Shown: positions 8,808-17,588 of the stretch, piece after piece
Layout of the letters: the number at the start of each line of letters is the position of its first letter
Numbering within the stretch: position 1 is the first letter of the stretch
NCBI RefSeq assembly: GCF_047606385.1
Contig: NZ_JASGEL010000091.1
Location: 1,785 to 65,784, forward strand
Direction of reading: 5' to 3'
Length of the DNA: 64,000 bases
Source: Microbacterium sp.
GTDB lineage: Bacteria > Actinomycetota > Actinomycetes > Actinomycetales > Microbacteriaceae
Position numbers and translations under genes: made by a program
Notes under the pieces: generated by a model
Database searches by the model: none
What the model was told of the DNA's origin: nothing
What the model saw: the letters and a program-made list of their open reading frames with translations, nothing else

Positions 8808-9911
8808 CTACCGTAGCCGCCGCCCCCGGTGCCCCTCTGGAAGGGTGTCGACAATGGATGCCGCGATCCGTAGGACCTCATCCACAGATTCCGCTTCGCC
8901 GACCGTGACGCGGATGCCGTCTCCCGCGAACGCGCGGACAATGACGTTCCCCGCCTCGAAGGCGGCCGCGGCCTCGAGCGTCTGCGCGCCCGTCGCCAGC
9001 CAGACGAAGTTGCCCTGGGCCTCCGGCACGTCCCATCCCGCCTCCCGCAGGCCGGCCGCGAGGCGGTCACGCCGGTCGGCGATCACGCGCACGCGCGCGC
9101 GCAGCTCGTCCTCGGCGTCCAGGCTCGCCAGCGCCGCTTCCTCCGCCTGCGCGGTCACCGACAGCGGGATGGCGGTGGCCCGGGCGGCGTCCAGCACGCG
9201 CCGATGCCCGATCGCATAGCCGACGCGGAGACCTGCGAGCCCGTACGCCTTCGAGAAGGTGCGCAGCGCCACGACGTTCGGGCGGACGATGCCGAGCTCG
9301 CGCAGCCCGTCCACCGCATCCGGAGCGGTGACGAACTCGGCGTAGGCCTCGTCCAGGATGATCAGGACGTCGCCGGGCACCGCCTGGACGAAGTCGTCGA
9401 ACTCCCGCTGCGTGACCACCGGACCCGTCGGGTTGTTCGGGCTGCAGACGACGATCACCCGGGTGCGGTCGGTGACGGCGGCCGCCATCGCCGGCAGGTC
9501 GTGCCGGCCGTCCGCGGTCAGCGGCACCTCGACCCGCTCGGCGCCCGAGACCACCACCATGCTGGGGTAGGCCTCGAACGAGCGCCAGGCGTAGATCACC
9601 TCGTCGCCGGCACCGGCCGCCGCCTGCACCAGCTGATAGAGCAGGGCGACGCTGCCGGCACCGATGTGCACCTCGTCAGGCGCGACCCCGTAGCGCGCGG
9701 CGAGGCGATCGCGCAGCCTGGCAGCTGTCGCGTCCGGGTACCTGTTGACGTCGACGCGGGAGCGCAGCACCTCCGCGACGTGCGGCAGCGGGTCGAACGG
9801 GTTCTCGTTGCTCGACAGCTTGAAGGCGTCGGCCGCGGCCTGCTTCCCCTGCCGATACGGCGGGAGCCCCGCGATCTCGGGACGGATGCGGACGGGGGTC
9901 GGCTCGGTCAC
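8808..9911 (-). CDS. Class I/II (HisC/Pat-like) aminotransferase
   Basis: 367 aa with [12 protein letters not shown] and SPNNPTG motifs and a [14 protein letters not shown] pyridoxal-lysine region. Confidence 0.85.
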   Translation of the reverse strand: MTEPTPVRIRPEIAGLPPYRQGKQAAADAFKLSSNENPFDPLPHVAEVLRSRVDVNRYPDATAARLRDRLAARYGVAPDEVHIGAGSVALLYQLVQAAAGAGDEVIYAWRSFEAYPSMVVVSGAERVEVPLTADGRHDLPAMAAAVTDRTRVIVVCSPNNPTGPVVTQREFDDFVQAVPGDVLIILDEAYAEFVTAPDAVDGLRELGIVRPNVVALRTFSKAYGLAGLRVGYAIGHRRVLDAARATAIPLSVTAQAEEAALASLDAEDELRARVRVIADRRDRLAAGLREAGWDVPEAQGNFVWLATGAQTLEAAAAFEAGNVIVRAFAGDGIRVTVGEAESVDEVLRIAASIVDTLPEGHRGRRLR

Positions 9912-9992
9912 CCGACGAGTCTACGAGCAGGTCGTTCTCCCGGGCCGGCGGTCCCGAGTGACATCCGCGCCCAGACGCGAGAGAGTTGCCGC

Positions 9993-10394
9993 ATGGGCTT
10001 CCTCATCCGTGTCGTGGTCAACGCGTTCGCCATCTGGGTCGTCACGCTCCTCCCGGCCCTCGGCGTCAGCGTGATCGCGTTCCCCCCGGGCGGCGATCTG
10101 CAGCTGGTGATCTCGCTGCTCGTGATCGCCGCGATCTTCGCGATCGTGAACACCATCGTCGGCACCGTGCTGAAGGTGCTGACCTTCCTGCTGTACGTCC
10201 TCACGCTGGGGCTGTTCTCGCTCGTGGTCAACGGGTTCCTGCTGTGGCTGACCGCGTGGATCACCGGGTTCTGGAGCTGGGGCCTGCGCGTCGAGGACTT
10301 CTGGTGGGGCGTGCTCGCGGCCCTGCTGATCACGATCATCAACTGGGTCTTCGGGCTCATCCTGCGCCCTCGTCGCGCGGATCGGGAACGCTGA
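9993..10394 (+). CDS. Phage-holin-4_2 family (PF04020-like) small membrane protein
   Basis: The start is the internal ATG at 9993 (MGFLIRVVVNAFAIWVV...). 133 aa with 4 TM helices. The longer ORF from 9204 is antisense to the aminotransferase gene. Confidence 0.7.
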   Translation: MGFLIRVVVNAFAIWVVTLLPALGVSVIAFPPGGDLQLVISLLVIAAIFAIVNTIVGTVLKVLTFLLYVLTLGLFSLVVNGFLLWLTAWITGFWSWGLRVEDFWWGVLAALLITIINWVFGLILRPRRADRER

Positions 10395-11730
10395 GCAGCT
10401 CCGGCACGGGCGACGCCTGCGGCGACGGGGAGGGCGTCGGCACCGGGTCGGGCGCGAACTGGTAGACGGTCGCCGCCCCGGCCGCCTGCAGCGCCGCGAG
10501 CCGGGCGACCAGCGCGGCGGCACGCGGGTCGCCGGACCCGTCGACGAGGGATGCCGTGGCCAGGTACGCCTCGGCATGGTGCGCCTCGAGCGTGAGGTCG
10601 CCGAGACCGGGCAGTGTCGAGACCGTGCGCTCGGCGACGAAGCCGCCCTCCGCGCCGATCGGCTGCGCGAAGCCGCCGCCGGCGAGCGACGCGACCGGGT
10701 CGTCCCGGTGGCGCAGCTCGACGACGAACGTGCCCTCGCCGGGGTCGAACGAGGTGGGCGACCCGGCCGTGACGAGCACCTGGGTGTCGTACGTGCCGTC
10801 GGCGGCGAGCGCGTCGACGATCATCCCGCCCTGCGAGTAGCCGAACGCGTAGAGGTCGTCGCCGGGCTCGGCGCCGGCCGCCGCGAGCGCGGCACGCACG
10901 GCGTCGAGCGAGGCGGCGTCCTCACCGGTGAACAGGTGCGCGTTCGAGGTCATGTTCCAGGCCTCCGCCGGGTCCGTCAGCGACTTCGTGCCGGTCACGT
11001 ACACCGCGAACGCCCGGCCGCCGCCGGGAAGGTCGTACCGTTCGACGCGCACCCTCGACGAGCCCTCCGACGGGATGCGTCCCAGGGCGTCGACGAGCGT
11101 CGAGGGCGCCGTCGCCGCCGCGGTCGGCGCCACCTGGCGCACCCTGACGGCGGTCGATGTCGTGGCCGCCGTCGCCGCGCTCGCCCAGCCGCGTCCGAGT
11201 CCGCTGCCGGCGAGCTGTGCGAGGCCGCCGCCCGCCGCGATCGCGAACGGCACGAGCAGCAGCGGGGAGACCGTCGCGAGCGCGAACAGTCTGGCCGGCA
11301 CCAGCTCGTCCCTTCGGTCTCGGCCGGCCAGCGCCGTCGCCGCCGGCCCGCTCGCCTCGGGATGCCGCTGCCGCAGCCGCGCGATCTGCGCATCGATCGC
11401 GGCCGCGTCGACGCCGCCGGCGATCGCGGCGTCACGGGCGACCAGCAGCTCGACCAGGTCGTATGCCGCGGCAGCGGTGCGCAGACGCTGAGCCATCGCC
11501 TGTGCGTCGACCGCGAGCGCCTCGACATCGGCGGACAGGCGCGCCGCTCGCACGCCGGTCCCGAGCCCGACCGCGGCGAGGCACGCCAGTCCGGCACGGA
11601 CGCGGTCGAGGTCGGAGCCGGCCTGCACGAAGCGGTGGCTCACCCGATCAAGTGCGGTCGCGACCTCGCGCAGGGCGTCGGCGTCCACCGCGATCGCGCC
11701 GCCGGACGAGATCGTGAACCCGTCGCTCAT
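10357..11730 (-). CDS. Membrane-anchored alpha/beta-hydrolase (lipase-like GYSQGG) with long helical N-terminal domain
   Basis: The start is taken at MSDGFTISSGG (ATG 11730, ATGA overlap with the upstream small ORF). About 190 aa of Ala/Leu-rich helical region, one TM segment (LFALATVSPLLLVPFAIAAGG), a hydrolase domain with the nucleophile elbow GYSQGG, and a Pro-rich tail. Confidence 0.6.
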   Translation of the reverse strand: MSDGFTISSGGAIAVDADALREVATALDRVSHRFVQAGSDLDRVRAGLACLAAVGLGTGVRAARLSADVEALAVDAQAMAQRLRTAAAAYDLVELLVARDAAIAGGVDAAAIDAQIARLRQRHPEASGPAATALAGRDRRDELVPARLFALATVSPLLLVPFAIAAGGGLAQLAGSGLGRGWASAATAATTSTAVRVRQVAPTAAATAPSTLVDALGRIPSEGSSRVRVERYDLPGGGRAFAVYVTGTKSLTDPAEAWNMTSNAHLFTGEDAASLDAVRAALAAAGAEPGDDLYAFGYSQGGMIVDALAADGTYDTQVLVTAGSPTSFDPGEGTFVVELRHRDDPVASLAGGGFAQPIGAEGGFVAERTVSTLPGLGDLTLEAHHAEAYLATASLVDGSGDPRAAALVARLAALQAAGAATVYQFAPDPVPTPSPSPQASPVPELLSVPDPRDEGAG

Positions 11731-11984
11731 CCGGCCGGTCCGGTCGCCGCGCTGCGCGCCGCCGCGACCTCGGCGCGCAGCAGCGCGGCCTGCGCCCGGC
11801 ACAGGTCCAGACGTGCATGCCACTCCGCGAGGGCCAGCCGGAACGCCGTGGCCGCAGGCGAGACCCACGCGGTCTGCTCATCCAGCTCCGTCGCGGCCAC
11901 GCGGGCCAGGTCGAGGTGGGCGACGACGTCCCCCACGGCCGTCTCGGCCGGCGCCAGGGCGGCGAGCGCCGCCGCATCCGTCAT
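11727..11984 (-). CDS. Small helical protein (85 aa), weakly WXG100-like
   Basis: MTDAAALAAL... has a central AWVSPAATAF...AEW segment reminiscent of the WXG hairpin. Its stop overlaps the start of the hydrolase gene. An alternative ATG lies at 11993. Confidence 0.4.
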   Translation of the reverse strand: MTDAAALAALAPAETAVGDVVAHLDLARVAATELDEQTAWVSPAATAFRLALAEWHARLDLCRAQAALLRAEVAAARSAATGPAG

Positions 11985-12106
11985 CCACCGCATCCGCCGA
12001 TCATGCGTGGACGGCGCGCTCCGCGCGGCGCGCCGCCCGCGTCGGTGCACAACGCGCTTCCCGATTGCGGCTGTGCAGAACCGGACGATGCGGACACAAT
12101 GGGGGA

Positions 12107-12610
12107 GTGTCCGAGCTCGCACCGTTCCGTGTCGTGTTCGTGTGCACCGGCAACATCTGCCGCTCCCCGATGGCCGAGATCGTGTTCCGCCGTGTCGCCG
12201 AGTCGCGGCGGATGGGGGACCGCGTCGTCGCGACCAGCGCCGGCACCGGCGACTGGCATGTCGGCGAGCACGCCGACGCCCGCACCGTGAGCGCGCTCGC
12301 CGCGCACGGCTACGACGGGACCGCCCATCGCGCACGCCAGTTCGAGCAGAGCGAGTTCTCCCGCAGCGACCTCGTGGTCGCGCTCGACCGGTCGCACGAG
12401 CGGATCCTGCGGCAATGGGCGCCGACCGAGGCGGATGCCGACAAGGTCGTGCTGCTGCGCTCCTTCGACCCGGCCGCGGCCGATCAGCTCGATGTCCCCG
12501 ACCCCTACTACGCCGGTCCCGAGATGTTCGACGAGGTGCTCGGTATGATCGAAGACGCGAGCCGGGCGCTCTTCCGGCAACTCGAACCCGCCATCCGCTC
12601 CGCGGTGTAG
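12107..12610 (+). CDS. Low-molecular-weight protein-tyrosine phosphatase
   Basis: P-loop VCTGNICRSP (C-X5-R-S) and a DPYY motif. GTG start at 12107, in frame with the ORF-track entry 11714..12610. Confidence 0.85.
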   Translation: MSELAPFRVVFVCTGNICRSPMAEIVFRRVAESRRMGDRVVATSAGTGDWHVGEHADARTVSALAAHGYDGTAHRARQFEQSEFSRSDLVVALDRSHERILRQWAPTEADADKVVLLRSFDPAAADQLDVPDPYYAGPEMFDEVLGMIEDASRALFRQLEPAIRSAV

Positions 12611-12640
12611 CAAGCGCTTGGCCGCATCCGACGGAGTACC

Positions 12641-14020
12641 GTGACGTCCTTCCCCGCGCAGCCGCTCAGCCCTCTCGACGGACGCTACCGCGCCGCGGTC
12701 GCCGGTCTCGGCGACTACCTCTCCGAGGCGGGCCTGAACCGCGCCCGCGTGGAGGTCGAGGTCGAGTGGCTCATCGCCCTCACCGATCGTCGCGTGTTCG
12801 GCGCCGAGGCGCTGACGGAAGCCGACAAGCAACGCCTGCGCGCGCTGTACCTCGACTTCGGCCAGGCCGAGATCGACTGGCTCGCCGAACGCGAGGCCGT
12901 CACCCGGCACGACGTGAAGGCCGTCGAGTACCTGGTGCGCGACCGCCTGTCGCAGCTCGGACTCGACACCGTCGCCGAGCTCACCCACTTCGCGTGCACG
13001 AGCGAGGACATCAACTCCACCGCGTACGCGCTGACCGTCAAGCGCGCGGTGCTCGACGTGTGGCTGCCGAAGCTGCTCGACGTCATCGCGAAGCTGCGCG
13101 GGCTCGCCGCCGAGCACAGCGACGCCCCGATGCTCGCCCGCACCCACGGGCAGCCCGCGACGCCCACGACCATGGGCAAGGAGATCGCCGTCTTCGCCTG
13201 GCGGCTGGAGCGCGTCGCGGCGCAGGTCGCGGCATCCGACTTCCTCGCGAAGTTCTCCGGCGCGACGGGCACCTGGTCGGCGCATCTGGCCGCCGACCCC
13301 GACCTGGACTGGATCGAGATCTCGCAGACGTTCATCGAAGGGCTGGGCCTGGGCTTCAACGAGCTGACCACCCAGATCGAGTCGCACGACTGGCAGGTCG
13401 AGCTCTACGACCGGGCACGGCACGCCGGCGGCATCCTGCACAACCTCGCCACCGACATCTGGACCTACATCTCGCTCGGCTACTTCTCGCAGATCCCCGT
13501 CGCGGGCGCGACCGGGTCGTCGACCATGCCGCACAAGATCAACCCGATCCGCTTCGAGAACGCCGAGGCCAACCTCGAGATCGCGGGCGGCCTGTTCACG
13601 ACCCTGGCCTCGACGCTGGTCACCTCCCGCCTGCAGCGCGACCTCACCGACTCGACGACCCAGCGCAACATCGGCGTCGCGTTCGGGCACTCGCTGCTGG
13701 CGCTGGACAACCTGCTGCGGGGCCTGAGCGAGATCTCGCTGGCACGCGAGGTGCTGCTGGGCGACCTCGACCGCAACTGGGAGGTGCTCGCCGAGGCGAT
13801 CCAGACGGTGGTGCGGGCCGAGGTCGTCGCGGGCCGATCGACGATCACCGATCCTTATGCCTTGCTGAAGGATCTCACCCGCGGGCGCCGCGTGGGAGCG
13901 CCCGAGCTCGCCGAGTTCGTCTCCGGGCTCGACATCGGGGATGCCGCGAAGCAGCGCCTGCTGGCGCTGACCCCCGCGACGTACACGGGCCTGGCCGAGG
14001 ACCTGGTCGCCGAGGCCTGA
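12641..14020 (+). CDS. purB: Adenylosuccinate lyase
   Basis: 459 aa of the fumarate-lyase superfamily with signature GSSTMPHKINP and a typical PurB N-terminus (LSPLDGRY). Confidence 0.92.
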   Translation: MTSFPAQPLSPLDGRYRAAVAGLGDYLSEAGLNRARVEVEVEWLIALTDRRVFGAEALTEADKQRLRALYLDFGQAEIDWLAEREAVTRHDVKAVEYLVRDRLSQLGLDTVAELTHFACTSEDINSTAYALTVKRAVLDVWLPKLLDVIAKLRGLAAEHSDAPMLARTHGQPATPTTMGKEIAVFAWRLERVAAQVAASDFLAKFSGATGTWSAHLAADPDLDWIEISQTFIEGLGLGFNELTTQIESHDWQVELYDRARHAGGILHNLATDIWTYISLGYFSQIPVAGATGSSTMPHKINPIRFENAEANLEIAGGLFTTLASTLVTSRLQRDLTDSTTQRNIGVAFGHSLLALDNLLRGLSEISLAREVLLGDLDRNWEVLAEAIQTVVRAEVVAGRSTITDPYALLKDLTRGRRVGAPELAEFVSGLDIGDAAKQRLLALTPATYTGLAEDLVAEA

Positions 14021-14044
14021 GGCGCCCCGTCGGCGGCGCGCCTC
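14019..14044 (+). terminator. Weak stem-loop immediately after purB
   Basis: GAGGCGC-N12-GCGCCTC is a 7-bp stem overlapping the purB stop. There is no U-tract. Confidence 0.3.
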
Positions 14045-14202
14045 GGCGCCCCGGTCCGGCGTGGATCCGCGGGCCGCGGCTCGTGCCCGGCGCGAAAGAC
14101 AGGACGAGCGCCGCGACACGCCGCGAACGGGGCGAGTTCGGCGGTGATCGGTCGAGACGTCCTGAGTTCTGCGCCCCGGTGGGGCCGGTGGGGCAGCCGG
14201 TC

Positions 14203-14607
14203 TCAGGATGCCGCGGGGGCGTCGCCCTCGGCGGGGTCGTCACCGTCGGCAGGGTCGTCCCCCTCGGCGGGGTCGGGCGCCGCGGGGAGATCACCGGATG
14301 CCTCGGCCCCGGCGTCCGGTGCGGGCTTCGTCTCGGGGATCAGGACCGGGTGGTCGTGCCGCTCCACGACCTGAGCCGGATCGATCGCCAGCACGAGCAG
14401 GGCGATCACCACGACCACCACGATGAAGGTGATGCCCGCGATCACCAGCGCCATGGTCAGCGCCTGCTGGATCTCGTCGGCGGGGAGCCGCTCGAAACCG
14501 CCCATCGACAGGAAGGTCACGGCGCCGGCGAAGACCGCGGCGATGAAGGCGAGCCCGAGCAGCTGCGCCGGGCGCATCAGATCGCGCCGCGTCGGCTTGT
14601 CGGTCAT
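14203..14607 (-). CDS. Small two-TM membrane protein with acidic repeat tail
   Basis: Internal ATG at 14607 (MTDKPTRRDL...), 134 aa, two TM helices, and a C-terminal (DPAEGD)x3 tail. It overlaps the upstream membrane-protein gene by 4 nt. Confidence 0.55.
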   Translation of the reverse strand: MTDKPTRRDLMRPAQLLGLAFIAAVFAGAVTFLSMGGFERLPADEIQQALTMALVIAGITFIVVVVVIALLVLAIDPAQVVERHDHPVLIPETKPAPDAGAEASGDLPAAPDPAEGDDPADGDDPAEGDAPAAS

Positions 14608-15251
14608 GCCCGTCCGTCCTCGACGCCCGAGACGTCGGCGACCGGCTGGCGTCGCGGCGAGAACGCGGCGATCGCGAGGTACACGGCGACGATGGCCGCA
14701 TAGCCGCCGAAGATGCCGACCGCGATCGCGATGCCGGTGAGCGTGAAGCTCTCGCCGGCCTCGGCGATGTAGTAGTTCAGGGCGTAGCCGCTCGGCACCG
14801 CGAGCGTGCCCAACGCGAGCAGCACGCCGAAGACGCCGACGGTGAGCGCGTCGCGGGCCTCGCTGCGAGCCGCCGACCGCGGCGCGGCGGCGACCATCGC
14901 GCGCCAGCCGGCGATGCCCTCGATCAGGCCGGTGAGCAGCGCCCAGGCGACCACGAGCACGAAGAACATCTCGGTCGACCGCAGTGTCGGCAGCCCCCCG
15001 ATCATGCCGGCCACGATCGAGATCACGCCGAGCGCGATCGGCGCGGCGCGCGCCCCGGCCGGCGTGGCGAGCCAGGCGCCCAACGCCAGCACGAGTCCGG
15101 TCGCGATCGCGTAACCGCTGAACACGGCGAGTCCGAGCGACGCAGAGTGGTCCGAGGAGAACGTCACCATCGCCGCCGCGATGGCCGCGAACACCGCACG
15201 CGCCAACTGCACATGACGCACCTCGAAGGCGCGGGCGGGAGCGTGGGGCAC
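14604..15251 (-). CDS. Multi-pass membrane protein (DUF308/HdeD-like)
   Basis: 215 aa with about 6 hydrophobic helices and no enzymatic motif. Confidence 0.5.
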   Translation of the reverse strand: MPHAPARAFEVRHVQLARAVFAAIAAAMVTFSSDHSASLGLAVFSGYAIATGLVLALGAWLATPAGARAAPIALGVISIVAGMIGGLPTLRSTEMFFVLVVAWALLTGLIEGIAGWRAMVAAAPRSAARSEARDALTVGVFGVLLALGTLAVPSGYALNYYIAEAGESFTLTGIAIAVGIFGGYAAIVAVYLAIAAFSPRRQPVADVSGVEDGRA

Positions 15252-15332
15252 GGCGGATTCCTGGCTGACGGACGGGATGCGTCCAGTCTAGAACTCCCGC
15301 ACCTGCGGGTTCGCTGCGGGCGGGCCCCCGGA

Positions 15333-15347
15333 TACCCCGGCGGGGTA
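15333..15347. promoter_or_regulatory. Candidate CsoR-type (copper-sensing repressor) operator
   Basis: TACCCCGGCGGGGTA has perfect 6-bp arms TACCCC/GGGGTA. It lies 10 nt upstream of the ATG of the HMA-domain gene and matches the known CsoR operator pattern ATACCC-N-GGGTAT. Confidence 0.5.
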
Positions 15348-15357
15348 CGCTGAAGGC

Positions 15358-15687
15358 ATGGCTCTGCAACGAATCGACCTCGGGCTGCGCGATGTCACCG
15401 CCGACGCCGGGTGCTGCGGCGGCGACGCATGCGGATGGCAGCCGACAACCGCCGCCTCGGCGGGCGACGCCCCCGTGACAACCGAGCTGCGGGTCGACGG
15501 CATGACGTGTGCGCACTGCGTCCGCGCCGTCGCCGACGAGCTCGCGCGGGTCGACGGCGTCGACGCGGTCGAGGTGGACCTCGTCCCGGAGGGGGTGTCC
15601 CGGGTGCACGTCCGCTCCGCCACGACGCTCGACGCCTCCGCCCTCGCCGCGGCGATCGCGGAGGCCGGCTACACGCTGCGCGCCTGA
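15358..15687 (+). CDS. Heavy-metal-associated (CopZ-like) metallochaperone with Cys-rich N-terminal extension
   Basis: 109 aa. HMA fold with GMTCAHC, preceded by about 40 aa containing CCGGDAC. RBS GAAGG. Confidence 0.8.
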   Translation: MALQRIDLGLRDVTADAGCCGGDACGWQPTTAASAGDAPVTTELRVDGMTCAHCVRAVADELARVDGVDAVEVDLVPEGVSRVHVRSATTLDASALAAAIAEAGYTLRA

Positions 15688-15712
15688 TCGGGCGCGCCGA
15701 CCACGGCGGGCC

Positions 15713-16108
15713 CTACGACTCCAGCACGGCGGCGAGTCGGTCCAGGTCGGCCCGCACGACGTCGGCATCCCCCGCGAACGCCTCGTCGCTCACGCCCGGC
15801 AGCCGGTAGAGCGTGAACACGACCTCGCTCCCGTCGCCGTTGCGCAGCACCCGCAGCGGGTTGTGCACGACCGTGCCGTCCGGCAGCATCACGTCGTGGT
15901 CGAGGATGCCGGCATCCACCGGCCCCGTGAAGGCGACCTGCACCTCGCCCATCGGGGAGTCCGTCACCCAGCGGTCGCCGACGCGGCGGATGCCCGTGCT
16001 CAGCCCCGCCGCCCACCGCGGCAGGTTCGCGGGGTCGCCCGCGAAGGCCGCCACCTCGACAGGCGGGCGGGCGATTGAGCGCGAGATGTGCAGCGCGGGC
16101 CAGGTCAT
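15713..16108 (-). CDS. SRPBCC-family (polyketide cyclase/START-like) protein
   Basis: 131 aa whose length and pattern (ISRSIARPPVEV...ANLPRW) are typical of SRPBCC ligand-binding proteins. Confidence 0.65.
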   Translation of the reverse strand: MTWPALHISRSIARPPVEVAAFAGDPANLPRWAAGLSTGIRRVGDRWVTDSPMGEVQVAFTGPVDAGILDHDVMLPDGTVVHNPLRVLRNGDGSEVVFTLYRLPGVSDEAFAGDADVVRADLDRLAAVLES

Positions 16109-16131
16109 GCCGGCACTCTACGCGCCGGGGC

Positions 16132-16219
16132 GTGTCATAACTCCGCCTGGTGGTCGCTTCGGCCGATGGACGCCCGCGTCTTCACGGCCGCCGGCCTCGC
16201 CGAGGCGGAGTTATGACAC
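16132..16219. repeat. MITE/REP-like element with 17-bp terminal inverted repeats, copy 1 (88 bp)
   Basis: GTGTCATAACTCCGCCT at 16132-16148 is the reverse complement of AGGCGGAGTTATGACAC at 16203-16219. It is intergenic, between the SRPBCC and HupE genes. Confidence 0.85.
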
Positions 16220-16252
16220 GCGCGCCGCCGGCTACGCGGTGGCCGCCCGGGC

Positions 16253-17587
16253 TCAGCCGCCCGAGCCGACGCGCGACGTTTCGGGCAGGTCCGCCGGCGC
16301 GGGCGGAGCGGCGGCGTCGCGCCTAGCGCCGCGGCGCGCCAGCACGGCCGCGCAGGCGATCCAGAGCGCGGCGACGAGCCACGGCGACGCCGCTCCGATC
16401 GAGTCGGCGGCGGTCCCGAGCGGGTTCGTCATCCCGAGCCGGTCGACGAGCCACCCGACCGCGGCGAGCCCCGTCACCACGGCGGCGGTGACGCGCAGCG
16501 GCGCATAGCCGCGGGTGCGCGCGAGCACGACCAGCGGCGGAAGCACGAGCAGCACGACGAACAGCTGCATCAGTTCGATGCCGATGTTGAACCCCAGCAG
16601 GCTGAGCACGAGCGGCCACCCGGACAGGTCGAGCGCGGCGAGCGTCGTCGAGAATGCCATGCCGTGCACCAGGCCGAACGCTCCCGCGACGATCGGCTCC
16701 CTGCCGGGGAAGAGGGGGCGGATCGCGTGCAGCGCGGCGACGAGGATGCTGACCGCGATCAGCGCCTCGACCGGCTGCTGCGGCACCGGCAGTCCGAGCG
16801 CGCCGAGCGCGAGGGTCAGCGAGTGTCCGGCGGTGAAGGCGATCGTGATCGCGGTGATCCGTCGCACGGCGCGCCGCGGTGGCGCGACGCCGCGCCACCG
16901 GCCACGGATCGCGAGCAGCGGCGCGGGCAGCAGCAGGGTCAGCAGGAACAGCTGGTGGTCCGTCCCCTCCGCGATGTGGGAGATGCCCAGCGTCACCATG
17001 CCGACGAATCCCTGCCACGGGCTGCCGTCGTCCAGGTCGATGTGCAGCGTCGGGATGGTGCCGGTGACCGTGTCCACCGTGATCGTGCCCAGGTCCCGCG
17101 CCGAGTCCGTCTCGCCGGCCGCCCAGTCGCTGTGCAGGGTGACGTAGATATCGGCGGTGATCACCCGGTGGATGATCGCGTCGTAGGCGAGCGTGAAGTC
17201 GCGGAGGTCGGACGCATCCGGCGGGGTCAGCGTGGCGGTGGCGGTCACGGCGGGGAACACCCCGGTGCCCCATTGCTCGGTGTCGGACGCCGCGACGTCG
17301 GCCACGACGACCTGCCACGCCCCCGCGGCGCCGGTCACGGCGACGTGCGCGGTCAGGTAGTCGGCCACGGCGGCCGCCGTCGCGGCATCCATCTGGCCCT
17401 CGACGAGCGTGATGCCGCTCGCGGTGCCGAGGTCGGCGGAGGGCAGCGTGAGCGTGGCGGTGATGTCCTTCTCGTGCACGTCGAGCTCGATCGTGGTGGC
17501 GGGCACGACATGCGCGGCGGCGGGCGCCGCGAGGCCGGCCGTGATCGCGGCCACCGCCGCGAGCACGGCCGGCAGCAGGCGTCTCAT
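16253..17587 (-). CDS. HupE/UreJ-family metal (Ni/Co-type) transporter fused to a secreted N-terminal domain
   Basis: 444 aa. Signal peptide, about 190-aa extracytoplasmic domain, then HupE/UreJ TM core with GISHIAEGTDHQLFLL and GLVHGMAF motifs. Confidence 0.75.
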   Translation of the reverse strand: MRRLLPAVLAAVAAITAGLAAPAAAHVVPATTIELDVHEKDITATLTLPSADLGTASGITLVEGQMDAATAAAVADYLTAHVAVTGAAGAWQVVVADVAASDTEQWGTGVFPAVTATATLTPPDASDLRDFTLAYDAIIHRVITADIYVTLHSDWAAGETDSARDLGTITVDTVTGTIPTLHIDLDDGSPWQGFVGMVTLGISHIAEGTDHQLFLLTLLLPAPLLAIRGRWRGVAPPRRAVRRITAITIAFTAGHSLTLALGALGLPVPQQPVEALIAVSILVAALHAIRPLFPGREPIVAGAFGLVHGMAFSTTLAALDLSGWPLVLSLLGFNIGIELMQLFVVLLVLPPLVVLARTRGYAPLRVTAAVVTGLAAVGWLVDRLGMTNPLGTAADSIGAASPWLVAALWIACAAVLARRGARRDAAAPPAPADLPETSRVGSGG

Positions 17588-17588
17588 C

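Noticed and set aside
9993-10394. Prophage signal from a phage-holin-family gene
   Set aside because: It is a single small membrane-protein gene with no endolysin, capsid, tail, integrase or att-like sequences nearby. This family is common as a stand-alone chromosomal gene.
14150-14203. Possible terminator or small RNA between purB and the convergent membrane-protein gene (TCCTGAG...CTCAGGA with tandem CCGGTGGGG)
   Set aside because: The 7-bp arms are separated by a ~35-nt loop, the inner stems are weak and there is no U-tract. It cannot be distinguished from random GC-rich self-complementarity.
10576-14703. 1375-aa plus-strand ORF, the longest in this part of the track
   Set aside because: Its composition is dominated by Arg/Gly/Pro/Ala. 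It runs antisense to or out of frame with several well-supported genes (hydrolase, LMW-PTP, purB, membrane proteins). It is a typical GC-bias open frame, not a gene.
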